The position numbers and the translations under genes were made by a program. Below are positions 1 through 12,885 of a stretch of DNA of 64,000 nucleotides, piece after piece. This stretch comes from Macrostomum lignano. Its lineage: Eukaryota. Under the pieces are notes generated by a model. It did no database searches, had not been told where the DNA came from, and saw nothing but the letters and a program-made list of their open reading frames with translations. Positions within the stretch are counted from its first letter, which is position 1. The number at the start of each line of letters is the position of its first letter. The stretch is taken from contig NIVC01000025.1 of NCBI GenBank assembly GCA_002269645.1, forward strand, positions 310,001 through 374,000, given 5' to 3'.

Positions 1-388
1 CAAGCCAAGCTTAAAAGATATTCGTAATTATATCGTCCAGGACGCGAGGGGGACAGGCGATTAGCATATTATGCAAATAGGCTGGTAAGGATGGAGGGCA
101 AGGACTGCCTGTTTAATAGTCAGCCGAAGTTAGACGCCGAATTCACGCCCCAGTAGCGACATAAAAACTGATTCAGGGAGAATGCGGGCAGGGGATCTCC
201 TACTATCTTGCTAAAATACAAGAAAAAAGCAACAGAAAAATCGTCGTAAGTCGCTTCAACTTTACCCCGTAGATTAATAACGATTAAGATTAAAATAGCA
301 TTTGAAAGCAAATAAAACGGCAAAGACAGAGATATAAGATAGATCAGGGAAAAACAGGCGCAAGACACTAAAACAAAAAAAGGATTAA

Positions 389-868
<480 letters not shown>

Positions 869-937
869 GTGCAATATCATCAAGAACTCCACACAGACCC
901 GGATCAAAGCCAAGCAGTACAAACAAACCAGACTCAC

Positions 938-3863
938 TCATGCCGCAAATCAAGTCCCATTCGTCCTGAAGAAAAGCGCCGTAGTGGCCGCGCCTGGCAA
1001 TACTCTGCGGACAGCCCAGATTCAAGTCGATAGCGTCGCAGGCGTGCTGTGCCAGCTTGGCGGCCTGACAAAGCGTGTCAGCATCGTTGGCGCAGAACTG
1101 CACAATTAGCGGGCGATCCTCCGGGCAAGTCTGCAAGCTGAGCTGCCGATAGTTTTTATCCCTAACAAAAACGCTGGCGTGAAACATCGGCGTGTAGCAG
1201 AGCTGAGCGCCGTGCCGTCTGGCCAAGAGGCGCCAAGCCAGTTCGCTCTGGTCCACCATTGGCGCCAGTATGAAGCGCGGCGCGCCCAGAGTGTCATTGT
1301 AAAATTGCCAGGCCGCCGAAGATGGCGACGCCGAAGCGTCCGACGGGGTGTTCTCAGAATCAGATGACTGGAATTGAAGATAATACACAACGGGATAAAC
1401 TTGCTGAGCAGAGGAACTAGGGATAAATAACTGCTAATGAAACACTAACAGCCTTAACAAAGGGCTTTGATCCTAGAATAGCTAGCACCTGAGGATCTGG
1501 GAAGAGGGCTGACACCTGAGGAGCTGGATTGAGCTGGCAATTGAGGATATGGGAGGAGCTGGCATCTGAGAATCTGTGAGGAGCTGGCATCTGAGGATCT
1601 GGGAGGAGCTGGCACCTGAGGATCTGGAATGAGCTGGCTTCTAAGGATATGGGAAAAGAACCTGGCACCCGAGGATCTGGGAGGAGCTGGCATTTGAGGA
1701 TCTAAGAGGAGCTGGCATTTGAGGATCTGGGAGGACATGGCATCTGGGAGGAGCTGGCATTTGAGGATCTAAGAGGAGCTGGCATTTGAGGATCTAAGAG
1801 GAGCTGGCATTTGAGGATCTGGGAGGACATGGCATCTGAGGATCTGGGAGGAGCTGGCATTTGAGGATCTGGGAGGAGCTGGCATTTGAGGATCTGGGAG
1901 GACATGGCACCTGAGGATCTGGGAAGAGGGCTGGCACCTGAGGATCTGGGAAGACGAGCTGGCATCTGAGGATCTGGAATGAGCTGGTATCTGAGGATCT
2001 GGAATGAGCTGGCATCTGAGGATCTAGGAGGAGCTGGCATCTGAGGATCTGGGAGGACATGGCACCTAAGGATTTGGGAGGAGCTGGCACCTGAGGATCT
2101 GGGACAAGCTGGCACCTGAGGATCTGGGAAGACGAGCTGGCATCTGAGGATCTGGAATGAGCTGGTATCTGAGGATCTGGAATGAGCTGGCATCTGAGGA
2201 TCTAGGAGTCAGCATCTGAGGATCTGGGAGGAGATGGCACCTAAGGATTTAGGAGGAGCTAGCATCTAAGGATCTGGGAGGAGCTGGCACCTGAGGATCT
2301 GGGAAGACGAGCTGGCACCTGAGGATCAGAGATTATCTACTACCTGAGAATCTGGGATGCCTGTGGACTGTCACTTTCTTGAGGATCAAAAGTTTAAGGA
2401 TGCTAATAGACTGTCACGTCATTTAGTAGACTCTATCGAGTATTTGGAACATGCAAATTGTTAGATGGCATGACAGATAATGAAGTAAGTCAACCCAATA
2501 AGCAGAAGGGTAGGGTTTACTACATTAGCAGGCCGTGGCCCAGATAATGCATAGGGTTCTGCAGTTCTACAGAAAATATTTACAAAACCTCATTAGTATT
2601 TAATAAAGGGCAAACATTCCTAAGGCTGTATACGAAGAGCTGAAGGCATTCCTACACTCCCTCTATATAAGGGCAATCCTATGTTAGAATTTACACTATT
2701 AGTAATGCCAAGCTCAAATTCTCAATTTGCTCTAGTGGCTACTTAGCTCGTAGCTGCACACTTCTAAACCAGTCCAGAAGGGGGGGGGCAAATAAGTAAT
2801 TAGAGCTTGAGCAAATGTGAGTTTGGCTCTTACTGCAACTATAGGAGATTTGCACAGCATTCCTATAGGGCAAAATGAATTACCCTATCTAATGTATTCT
2901 GATGGACAGATATAGGAAAATAGTGAAGCCATTGGTTACAACTTGCTGGCAAGAAAAAAACTTGTCTGTGCTAAGCCGTAAAGTGGGCTCACGCAGGATT
3001 GGGGATAAATATTAAGCTGCTTAGACTATGTTTGTGCTAACGGTGGCTTATAGATAGGGGTGCACCCAGAGTACCGAATGAAGTATGAGAGTTCCAAATG
3101 AAGTATTAGAGTTCCGAATGAAGTATGAGAGTTCCGAATGAAGTGTGAGAGTTCCGAATGGAGAGTGAGAGTCCTAAATGAAGTATGAGATTTCTGAATG
3201 AAGCATGAAGTTCCGAAATAGACAGTAGGTTGCTAAACTGGCTTTATTGGTGCCAAACTGGGCGTCAAGGGTGCAAAACTACAGGATATAGACGCTAAAC
3301 TACAGGATATAGGCACTAAACTACAGGATATAGACGCTAAACTACAGGATATAGGCACTAAACTACAGGATATAGGCACTAAAGTACAGGCTATAGGCAC
3401 AAAACTACAGGATATAGGCACTAAACTACAGGATATAGACGCTAAACTACAGGATATAGGCACTAAAGTACAGGCTATAGGCACAAAACTACAAAATATA
3501 GACACTAAAATATAAGATACAGGCACTAAAATAGACACTAGACAATTGCTATTTCTAATGAAAGAGAACGCACAATAAGGAAGACCATAACAAAAAAGCT
3601 GATAGCAATTGATAAGAGAAACAAAGGACGCCATGTATTGTAATTTGCTTAGTTAATAGTCCAACCTTACATAAAGTACACTGTTAGATATAAGAGAAGA
3701 TAGAAAAACAGTTGACAAAAATTGAGAAATTTATATTCATTTCATTCATTTATTTATTCGTACGTATATTAAACGTGAAGTTAAGAGAGCGAGGAGCCAT
3801 TCCAGAACAGAAAAAGAGGCTTACCGGGCAGAGCAGATTAGGGCAGCGGAATATGCGTGACAT
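938..3863 (-). CDS. DUS1L: tRNA-dihydrouridine synthase 1-like, 5' part (exon 938..1367, probable first exon 3825..3863; gene continues past window start)
   Basis: Exon translates to [28 protein letters not shown] and [20 protein letters not shown] (DUS family motifs with catalytic Cys). Acceptor TTCCAG at 1369-1368 and donor GTGAGT at 937. A 13-codon exon [13 protein letters not shown] ending at a GTAAGC donor (3824) joins in phase 0; this first exon is less certain. Confidence 0.92.
1470..2330. repeat. ~25-bp minisatellite (GAGGATCTGGGAGGAGCTGGCATYT)
   Basis: Degenerate tandem copies inside the DUS1L intron. Confidence 0.95.
3075..3540. repeat. Two short minisatellites: 20-bp (GAAGTATGAGAGTTCCGAAT) and 21-bp (AAACTACAGGATATAGGCACT)
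   Basis: Visible periodicity at about 3075-3220 and 3275-3540. Confidence 0.9.
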
Positions 3864-4296
3864 ACTACTGTAGCTTACTGACAATCTTATTGTTTAGAAA
3901 AAGACGCGGCATTTGTTACTTGCAAGTAACAAGACGAGAAGGCGCAATTCAATTGGACCATTTTTGTATGCTAAGAATTCTTTACTAACTCGCTGAATAA
4001 ATATAGAGAAACGGGGTGTCCCAAAAACTGTAAATGAAGGAGAACTTTTATCGATTTCTAAGACAAGGAAGCCAATAGGCCTGGCTACTAAATAAGAGCA
4101 TTAGAAAGTTCGATTGCAATATAACTAATCCGTCTCATTTCTAGCGGCTCAACCGAAATCGATCCTTATTGAGCCTGCTCTGACCATCTATGAGCGAGAA
4201 AAATCGAACCCGCAACCTATACTTTGACCTTTTTAATTATATCTAGCCCGCCTAGTCCTGTAAGTTGAGACAATCGCACAGGCGCCGTCACTCTCT

Positions 4297-5608
4297 TCAC
4301 TCTTTCCTAGCCCGTTTCTTCTCCGCCTCGGCCTCGCGCTCCGCTTCAATCTCGGCCATCAGTGCTGACAACCGTTCGGCCGGGAGAATCTCCCATTCCG
4401 GTACGCCGTCCCGGCAGCGCATCACGCCCAGATCGACATTCTTAGCGCCGCTCTGCACCACCTCCAGGATAGCTCGGAGGGCCAGCTTAATAGCGCCGAC
4501 CTCGTCAGCTACGGACTCGGGAGTGTACATCTGGGGAAATGGGGGGGGGTCGAAAGTGTTATGTAAATTTCAGAATATTGTCTTCGACTTTACTTGTTGT
4601 ATTATTCCTGCCTGCGTGCATATTGGTTAACCAAACCACGGTAGAAACTTGAGACGTAGGATATGAGACTTGGATTTAAGACTTGGGATTTGAGACCTGG
4701 GATTTAGGACTTGGGATTCGAGATTTGGAATTTGAAATTTGAGACACGTGATTTGGAATTTGAGACTTGGGATTTAGGAGCTGAGAGTTGGGATTTGGGA
4801 TTCGAGATTTAGGATCGGGATTGGGGGTACATTAGGATCGAGATTAGGGGGTAAATTGGGATCAGGATTGCGGGTACATTAGGATCAGGATAGCTGGTAA
4901 ATTGGGATCGGAATAGGGAGTACACTGGGATCGAGATTAGGGGGTACACTGGGATCGGGATTTAAAGTACATTAGGATCGAAATTAGGGGGTACATTGGG
5001 ATCGGGCTGGGGGCGGGGGTACATTAGGATCGGGATTGCTGGTATACTGGTGCCAAACGCTATGCTCAACAGTATCAACTCACCTTCTCAAGAAACTCTC
5101 TAACAGTTTTGTCATTCTTGCCAACCGCATTAGCCAGCCATTCGTTGTAAGCGCCAGACGGATCTGTGCAGTAAAGATGCGGCGTGCCATCGACATTGAA
5201 GCCAACCAGCAGGGTAGACAGGCCGAATGGCCGCCGACCAGTGGACTGCGTGTACTTCTGCTTGATGCCGGCAACGAACCGGGCAATGTACTCCAACGTG
5301 ACGGGATCTTCAACTGTCAAACGATGCGATTTACATTCCACTCGGGCGCGATTAATTAAAATACGAGCATCGGCCGTCAAGCCGGCAAACGCCATGGCCA
5401 CGTGATTGTCTAGTAGGGCCATTTTACGAACAGTTCGATCGTCCTGCAGCTTGGCAGCGGCTTTTTTCTCAACAGCCAGTACGGCGCAATTGCCGCCACG
5501 AATGCCAACAGCTGTGGAGCCTTTCTTCACGGCCTCCTGGGCGTATTCTACTTGGAATAGATGGCCGTCTGGCGAAAAGACGGTGATGGCGCGATCGTAA
5601 CGGGACAT
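4297..5608 (-). CDS. PSMA7: Proteasome subunit alpha type-7 (alpha4), 2 exons 5084..5608 and 4297..4530, 252 aa
   Basis: [31 protein letters not shown] is the characteristic alpha4 N-terminus. Phase-0 intron with GTGAGT (5083) and CCCCAG (4531). Charged C-terminal tail. Confidence 0.97.
4655..5040. repeat. Degenerate G-rich repeats in PSMA7 intron (GGGATTTGAGACTT-like and GGGGGTACATTAGGATCG-like)
   Basis: Two adjacent imperfect arrays. Confidence 0.85.
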
Positions 5609-5985
5609 GATGTACTTTTGACTGATCACATAAGTTTTAGAAACAGGCGTTGATATTTTAGTTCTTGGATTTGTGACATCTTGGGATTATGATATATTCA
5701 GGTTTTTGATACCCCTCCTTTTGTGGTATATAAGCCAGCTGGCGTCAGTTAAGGAATTTTAAATCAAATTAAACACCAACATCTCTACCCTACTCTTTAC
5801 ACTGCTAAGGCTATGCCTCACAGAAGTTGCAGAGAAATATGTTAAATTTGACAACCGAGTGCCTAATATAAGTATATGCAGTATTATATTGTATTCTAAG
5901 AAAAAAGATTTTACAAATTCAATATTTCTTACAAATGTGTTATTCAAAATTTGTACTTTAAGGGATTCCTTGATGCACTTGATAA

Positions 5986-6140
5986 TAGGTGCATAGCCAA
6001 GGATGTGAGGGGGCACTGGGGACATGTCTCTAACTTAGAGTGGGGACAATTTTTATAGCTTTTATATTTTGCTTCTTAAACTAACATAAAAAAATTATTG
6101 ATGTCTCTATCCCCCTAATAGGAATCCTGGCTAAAGGCTT
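5986..6140. mobile_element. Possible decayed hAT-type MITE
   Basis: TAGCCAAGGAT near the left end and ATCCTGGCTA near the right end form an imperfect inverted pair with G/C-run subtermini. No TSD seen. Confidence 0.3.
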
Positions 6141-6849
6141 ACCACCCTGGGTTTTTTGTACAAGACAAAGTGTAAATTGCACTTTGTAGCTAATATATGA
6201 TTTACTATAACTATATAGGCCTAGTCTAATAATAGCCAATAACAAACTATACTCAAGCTCAACTCAGCTACTTACTTAGGACCTATAATGTAGTTTAAGG
6301 CCCCTAACACTATGAAATTTAGCTAGCCTTACTAGGCCCACATCTATCTGATTAGGCCCTATAAGAGAAGTTATTGGATTTTTTAAAATTATTCATTATT
6401 CATTTTAATATAACTTTTTTATAGAATATTCTTAAACTTTTTACAGGTATAAATAAGGGAAACAATTGCACTTTACAACTGCACTTTATGTATCAAAACC
6501 TTGATTCAACACTAATATGGCATAATTTAACCTATTGACAAAATATTAGTTTTGGCTCTTGATTCTACATGATTTTTTTGTGGCAAGAAGATAGCAGATT
6601 CTATTGCTGACATCAACATTGCATTTGCTTGTTTATCATCAAGATATCCATAGTGTATGATTGGTATACGCGCTTAAAAATAGGAACTTGGCCTTGAGGA
6701 TAGACCTTGCAGTAAGTATCTACCTAAACTTAATGTGATACCCTAGAAATGTCCTTATAAAAAACAATTGATAGACAACATGCAAGTTGGCTAATTAGCT
6801 AAATATAATATATACTGGATGACTGTTGCCAATTACCTTTGCTAGATAG

Positions 6850-7540
6850 AGATAAAAGCTAAACTTAGAGGTGTTGGTGCCACATAAGCTAAGACCTAGA
6901 TAACTATATAGAAATTGCCTATTCTCTTCTCAGTCAATTGTGCAACACTGACTAGCTGGAGGATGTGGTCACTTAGGATAAAAATGGTGCCTTTACCTTA
7001 ACATCCATTGCAAATGGCAATGATATAGCCTTAGTATAAAACCACAGTATGAGCTTTATCCCAAGAAGCTCATATTATCTATCTTCTAGGATGCCAAAAG
7101 AATTGTGATATAGGAGCTACTGCCCAAGAACTAGACAATCATTGCCAACTATTATTAGCAACAGCTAGACTATCTGCAACAGGCTTTAACCAAGAAGTGC
7201 CTAGAATATCATAATCATCTTGCTATATGACAATGCACTGGCACACAATGCTTAGGCCTAGTCAATGTGCAAGAAGCTGCCAGTGCTAGGTTGGGAGGTC
7301 CTGGCCTTTGCTATCTATCTTAAAGCCTAGATCTTAGGTCCTATGCTTAACAACTACTACTTTTTTTCAGTGCTAAACAAGTCTATGGTCGATCAGAGCT
7401 TCAAAGACAGGAGGACCTAAAAAAGCATCTGCATAACTTCTTTGACTCATATAATATAGAATGCTGAATGGTATTGCAACAATGCAACTATTCTACAAGG
7501 GCATAATTCTCTACAATCTATTTGTATATTGAAAGTAAGA
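6850..7540 (+). pseudogene. Decayed mariner (Tc1/mariner) transposase
   Basis: With frameshifts and stops: VLVPHKL (WVPHEL motif), DKKWCLYLN (DEKW), LYPKKLILSIF*DAK..ELLPKN*TIIANYY*QQLDYL, ILLYDNALAH, GWEVL, SLDL (YSPDL), EDLKKHLHNFF, FYKGI. Confidence 0.85.
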
Positions 7541-8708
7541 GTTGGATGAGATCTTGATCTTGATATTTACTTATTATTTATTACTGATGGGGGTATAGGC
7601 CTAGGAACCGCATATAGGCTGCAAGGTCCCTATTGCAACCCAAAAGTAAAAGTGAATCTTGTTTTTGATTGTTAATAACTTGGCTTTTTTAATCTTAGGC
7701 CTTAATTCCTAATCTTAATTTTAATCAAAAAGTTAACTTAAATAATTAACTTATTATTTAAATTAAATTAAATTAAATTAAAAAAGGATAATTTATGATT
7801 GTTACTTGGTGACTACAATATTCTCATATATAAAAATGGTGCCTTTGATAATGGTATATTTGATATACATCAAGTAATTAATAATCTTTATATTTTAAAA
7901 TAATTTCATTCTCTTAGACTTAAGTTTTATCATCATTGCAGAAATTTAACAAATAATAGGCCTAAAATATTAGCACTAATATTCAAAATATAAAAAATCA
8001 CTAATATTCAAAACTACGATTGGATCTGCTAGACTGGCTGATCTCCCTTGTGTATGATTTTTTTTGCCTAGTGCGATGCTGACTTCCTTCATTTGCATCA
8101 TTGGATATTTCATCTCAATCCAGCATAGTTGCCTGAGCTTGTTCTTCGTCCTCAAAGTTTAGAAAAGGATTTATTGCCTGTGCTGTTGACATATCACCTA
8201 TTATATCACTTATTTTTTTCCATCCCTCCATTGCATAGTCCTGTTATTGTAGTGCCAGTTTGCTTTGATGTAAATTTAGGTTGAGGAACTCTGAGGAATA
8301 TGAAAGCTTCATCTACTTTTTCTTGTAAGAATGGAATGTAAAAATAAATAAAATTCGAGAATGTCAAACTGGTGGCACTTGCTTTTCACTATTCTAAACC
8401 AACTCTCTACATGCACATTAAAATAATAAGATTTTGTATTTATTTTATGCAAACTTTTTTATTCTATATTAGTCACAATGCTATCAATTGAAATTGCATC
8501 TAGCCCTGTCCAAAGAAATATATCAGTCAAATGTTACTTGGTGACATTGTATTAAGTGTACAAAGTATTATGCAGAATTGCAGTATGCAGACAAAAAAAA
8601 TTCCAAAAAACAAAAATATTTCATATATTTTTGTAATTCCAATTGCAAAAAATATCATTATTTGGCGGATGCTACTTCAGTCAGTATTGCATTTATTGTA
8701 ATGTCTAT

Positions 8709-8967
8709 GGGCCTTTTCATATTGCTTGCTCTGGTTCCAGAACCAGAACCAATTTGTGAAGTATAACTTTTGTCTCCATAACTAAAGGGAGATACGTGCT
8801 ATAAAGTTTTTATTATTGAATGACAATCGCCAAGAAGAAAGTGAAAAACTGTGCTAAGTTAGGTTGTTAAGGCAGTCAAATATTAACAGAGTTTAATAGT
8901 TATACTGCTGTTTTTCGTGGAATTCCGAACCGATTCTGGTTCTGGAATTGGTAATATGAAAAGGCCC
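8709..8967. mobile_element. PIF/Harbinger(Tourist)-like MITE, 259 bp
   Basis: Perfect 15-bp TIR GGGCCTTTTCATATT/AATATGAAAAGGCCC, a further inverted block TTCCAGAACCAGAA, and a 3-bp direct repeat TAT on both sides (8706-8708, 8968-8970). Confidence 0.75.
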
Positions 8968-11013
8968 TATGTCACGCGGGCTATTTGTTGCTTAAAATAT
9001 CCGGCATGATGACACGCAAAAATTAAATTGTCAACTGAAAGTTAAAACAAAAATTTAATATTTGAAGAGAACAAAAGTAAGTTTAATTTTTTTAAATATT
9101 ACTATACATTATCCTAAAACAAACACATTGCAGTGTAGAATTTAAAAAAGTAATTTAAAAACATAAGTTGTTTTAAGTTGTCAACGAAAATATATTTATT
9201 GACATAAACATAATTCACAGAAGCAGGATATTATTCATACGCAACTATCCAATATATTTGGATTTACAATTTCTGTCTCTATCAGAACTGCGTAGTGTTT
9301 TTCTAGCAGAAGAATTGAATTTTTTAGAGCAAGTTATTGTTTTCCATTTTTCTGATCGCATTGCAATTGCATATTGCATTCATATTTTATTTTTTGCTTT
9401 TGACAAATTTTAATAGGTCTTTGTTTTTAGGCCTATGACTATCGCCTGGGTGTCTGGGTCCATGACTAGTTAGTTAGTTTACTTTCCCAATAAGCCAGAA
9501 TTGCAAACAAGAAATGGCAACTATTTTTTGCTATTTTTCTAAATTTTATACTTTAATAAGCTTAAAAAATAAATCATATATAGATATATGACTTTGTTTA
9601 AGATATTTAATATTGGCAGTTGTTATTTATCCAGTGACCGGACATTTGGACAAATAGTCTTTTTGCTATTTGTCCAGTTAAATTGCTAACACAGTATCTA
9701 TTTGTTTTGTGATGAATATTCTAGATTTTTAAGACTTTCTTATATACTGATATACTGATTATATATATATTCTTATATACTTATCATTAATTAGCTATTG
9801 ATATAGATATTGGAAAATTATAAATATAGCAAAACACTATATACCACTTATTGTAGCATAGGGATAGCACTGCAACACTATAGCCTCTATACTCTAGATC
9901 AAGATGCTCAAAAATTTGGGTATGTATTGGCTTTAAGAATTGTGCATGACTCTTAAAAAAATTATGTATGTATACCTAGTATGCACTTCATAGAATCACA
10001 CAGAATAGTTAGTATTAAGTGGAAAAACAATTGAAAATATTAATATTTTAGCATAAATTTCAAACTTTCTAGCTTTTAAGCTTATTAATAATGCATTAAA
10101 ACTAAATTTTGTATGTATTGATTTTCTGTTTCTGTTATAAATATAATAGTATAGGCAAGAAAGAAAAATAATCAACTAAATTATTAGTCAAAAAGGGTCA
10201 TTTATTGTTGCAACACTGGCCAAGATTTGAGAGTGTAGACATGTATTAAAAATGTTTTTGGTGTGCATTTGTATCTCTTCAATTTTTGTTCAAGTATGCT
10301 CCGAGCATGATCTGAACTAGGGGGCCTACTGAACTATGGTGTAGCCATCAAAAGTTAAAAGCTTTATCTGTAAAATCAAAACCTAGATTTACCTTTACCT
10401 TTGTTATTAGAAATTTTAGACTAGGGTAACAATTGTCTAGATGGTTTTCTACCTGAAACTTATTATTTCTAAGCATATAATTAGGATTGAAAATTTTACT
10501 TAGTACAACTTCATAAGAAAATTAAACTCTAGGCATTGGCCACTAACCCTCTATATTATATCATATATATATATATATATATATTAACTAGTCTCAGCTA
10601 TTTTACCTAGTTATTAATAGGCTCTATTCACTAATAATTACACTGTTTTTCCCAAGGTTAGTAGTGACAATTATCAAAATGCAGTGTTCTAAAATTAGAA
10701 ATCAATTTCTTACTTTCTTACCTGTTGACATACTTTTAGATGCAATTGCTGTGTTGAATATATGAAATATGCTGAAAACAAAATATTTCTATTTAAATTG
10801 TACTAATTCAATGAGTTATTTCTAATCCTTAATAATGAGTGCTACATTGTATGCATTGCTGTTCCATCCATTGCAATGCAAGGCAATCCAATATAGATAA
10901 AAATGACATCAAGTAGAAGACCGTCTGTGCCATCCAGCCACCAGCAGTAACCGTCCAGCAGGGGTAGCGCAAATTGTTTGCTCAATAATTATTGTCCAAT
11001 AGCAGCAGAGCTT

Positions 11014-12186
11014 ATGGACTTGTACATAGAGTGCCTGTCCGGCACAGTATTCGAGGTGCGCGTCTCGCCCTACGAGACAGTGCTAGCCGTCAAAGCCAAA
11101 CTGCAACGAATGGAGGGCATCCCCATCAGCCAGCAGCACCTGATCTGGAACAATCACGAGCTCAATGACGATCTGTGCCTGCAGGACTACCTGATCCCGT
11201 CTGGCAGCAAGCTCAAACTCGTGCTCGGCATGCGAGGCGGCCCAATCAACACGCGTCGAATTCTGATTCCGCCAGACGATTCGCCAAGCATCGAGGGTGC
11301 TGGCAGCGGCGGCGGCCGTCAGGTCACCGTGGTAGTGCTGCGCGACGGAGAGCAGCTGGAATTCTACAAGCTTCTTGGCGGCAGCAGCGGCGGCGGTGGC
11401 GGCAGCCCCCTGGCGGCCATCGACAGCGCCGGCTCGCGCACCGGCTGGATCGGCAGCGGCAGCCGCTCCCGTCGGGATAACCGGGACGGCCATCAGCAGC
11501 AGCAGCAGCAGCGGCCGGACGATCCGCCCAATAGCGGCCGGGCTTTGCGCGACAAAATGCAGAAACTGCAGCAGCAGATGGACAAAATTCGACTGGGCAG
11601 GCAGGCCAGGGCTGCCGCCGCCGCCGCCGCATCTTCAGCTGCCAATTCGAACGGCGCTGCGCCCGCTTACGAATCCGCTCAGCCGCCTCCCCCTCAGCCT
11701 TCACTCCCGCCTGCGCCGTCTCTGCCGCTTCCGAAACAGCGAACTTTCAGGCGTCTGCCGCCTTTGCTTCCGCCTCCGCCCGCTGCCACTCTGCCGCCCG
11801 CCCCAACCCTGCAGCAGCAGCCGCCGCAACCGCCTCCTCCTCCTCCGGCGCCGCCGCCAACAACCGGCCGCTTGCTGGCCGGCCGGGCCAAATCCGGCCA
11901 CAGACTGCCGCCAATGCCGCCGGCGGAGCCCATTGCGACAGCGGTTGCCGTCTCTGAAAACTCGATGACGACAGGCACGACGACAGGCACGACGACGCGT
12001 TGCACCGCCTGCAAGAAGCGAACCGGCCCGGCCACGTCCTACGGCTGCCGGTGCGGCGGCAATTACTGCGCCAAGCACCGCTATCCGGAGACGCACGCCT
12101 GCACCTTTGACTTCAAGTCGGAGGGGCGTCGACTGCTGCGCGAAGCCAACCCGCTCGTGGCGGCCTCAAAGCTGCCAAAGATTTGA
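11014..12186 (+). CDS. ZFAND4: AN1-type zinc finger and ubiquitin-like domain protein, single coding exon
   Basis: N-terminal UBL (VSPYETVLAVKAKLQRMEGIPISQQHLIW..LVLGMRGGPINTRR), low-complexity Q/P/A linker, and C-terminal AN1 finger (CTACKKR..CRCGGNYCAKHRYPETHACTFDFK..NPLVAASKLPKI). First ATG at 11014. Confidence 0.95.
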   Translation: MDLYIECLSGTVFEVRVSPYETVLAVKAKLQRMEGIPISQQHLIWNNHELNDDLCLQDYLIPSGSKLKLVLGMRGGPINTRRILIPPDDSPSIEGAGSGGGRQVTVVVLRDGEQLEFYKLLGGSSGGGGGSPLAAIDSAGSRTGWIGSGSRSRRDNRDGHQQQQQQRPDDPPNSGRALRDKMQKLQQQMDKIRLGRQARAAAAAAASSAANSNGAAPAYESAQPPPPQPSLPPAPSLPLPKQRTFRRLPPLLPPPPAATLPPAPTLQQQPPQPPPPPPAPPPTTGRLLAGRAKSGHRLPPMPPAEPIATAVAVSENSMTTGTTTGTTTRCTACKKRTGPATSYGCRCGGNYCAKHRYPETHACTFDFKSEGRRLLREANPLVAASKLPKI

Positions 12187-12357
12187 ACAAATTTGTTAAA
12201 ATCGCTGTTGGTAAATGCAGTCTGCTGAGCACTTTATTGGAGAGCATTATGTATTGATAAAATTTCAGTAATACGGGTTCCGTAACTTGTTTATTAATAA
12301 CTATATTGGCGCTTGTGATAATGAGGGTATTGGAATATTTGCATTTTGGATTTTGAG

Positions 12358-12885
12358 GCTTGTGCCAGTCCCATCCCTGAGAATGGCAATGTGTGTGCCA
12401 GTCCCATCCCTGAGAATGGCAATGTGTGTGCCAGTCCCATCCCTGAGGACTGCAATGTGTGTGCCAGTCCCATCCCTGAGAATGGCAATGTGTGTGCCAG
12501 TCCCATCCCTGAGAATGGCAATGTGTGTGCCAGTCCCATCCCTGAGAATGGCAATGTGTGTGCCAGTCCCATCCCTGAGAATGGCAATGTGTGTGCCAGT
12601 CCCATACCTGAGAATGGCAATGTGTGTGCCAGTCCTATCCCTGAGAATGGCAATGTGTGTGCCAGTCCCATCCCTGAGAATGGCAATGTGTGTGCCAGTC
12701 CCATCCCTGAGAATGGCAATGTGTGTGCCAGTCCCATCCCTGAGAATGGCAATGTGTGTGCCAGTCCCATCCCTGAGAATGGCAATGTGTGTGCCAGTCC
12801 CATCCCTGAGAATGGCAATGTGTGTGCCAGTCCCATCCCTGAGAATGGCAATGTGTGTGCCAGTCCCATACCTGAGGACTGCAAG
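12358..12885. repeat. 33-bp minisatellite (TGTGTGTGCCAGTCCCATCCCTGAGAATGGCAA), about 16 copies
   Basis: Highly homogeneous array starting about 170 bp after the ZFAND4 stop. Confidence 0.98.

Noticed and set aside
11083-12096. Overlapping and antisense ORFs over ZFAND4; similar ones over PSMA7, the Arl genes and the hAT ORF
   Set aside because: Shadow ORFs of GC-rich coding sequence with no recognisable motifs.
4297-12186. Functional clustering of PSMA7 with ZFAND4 (both ubiquitin-proteasome related)
   Set aside because: They are over 5 kb apart and separated by TE remnants; a single adjacency is not evidence of co-regulation.
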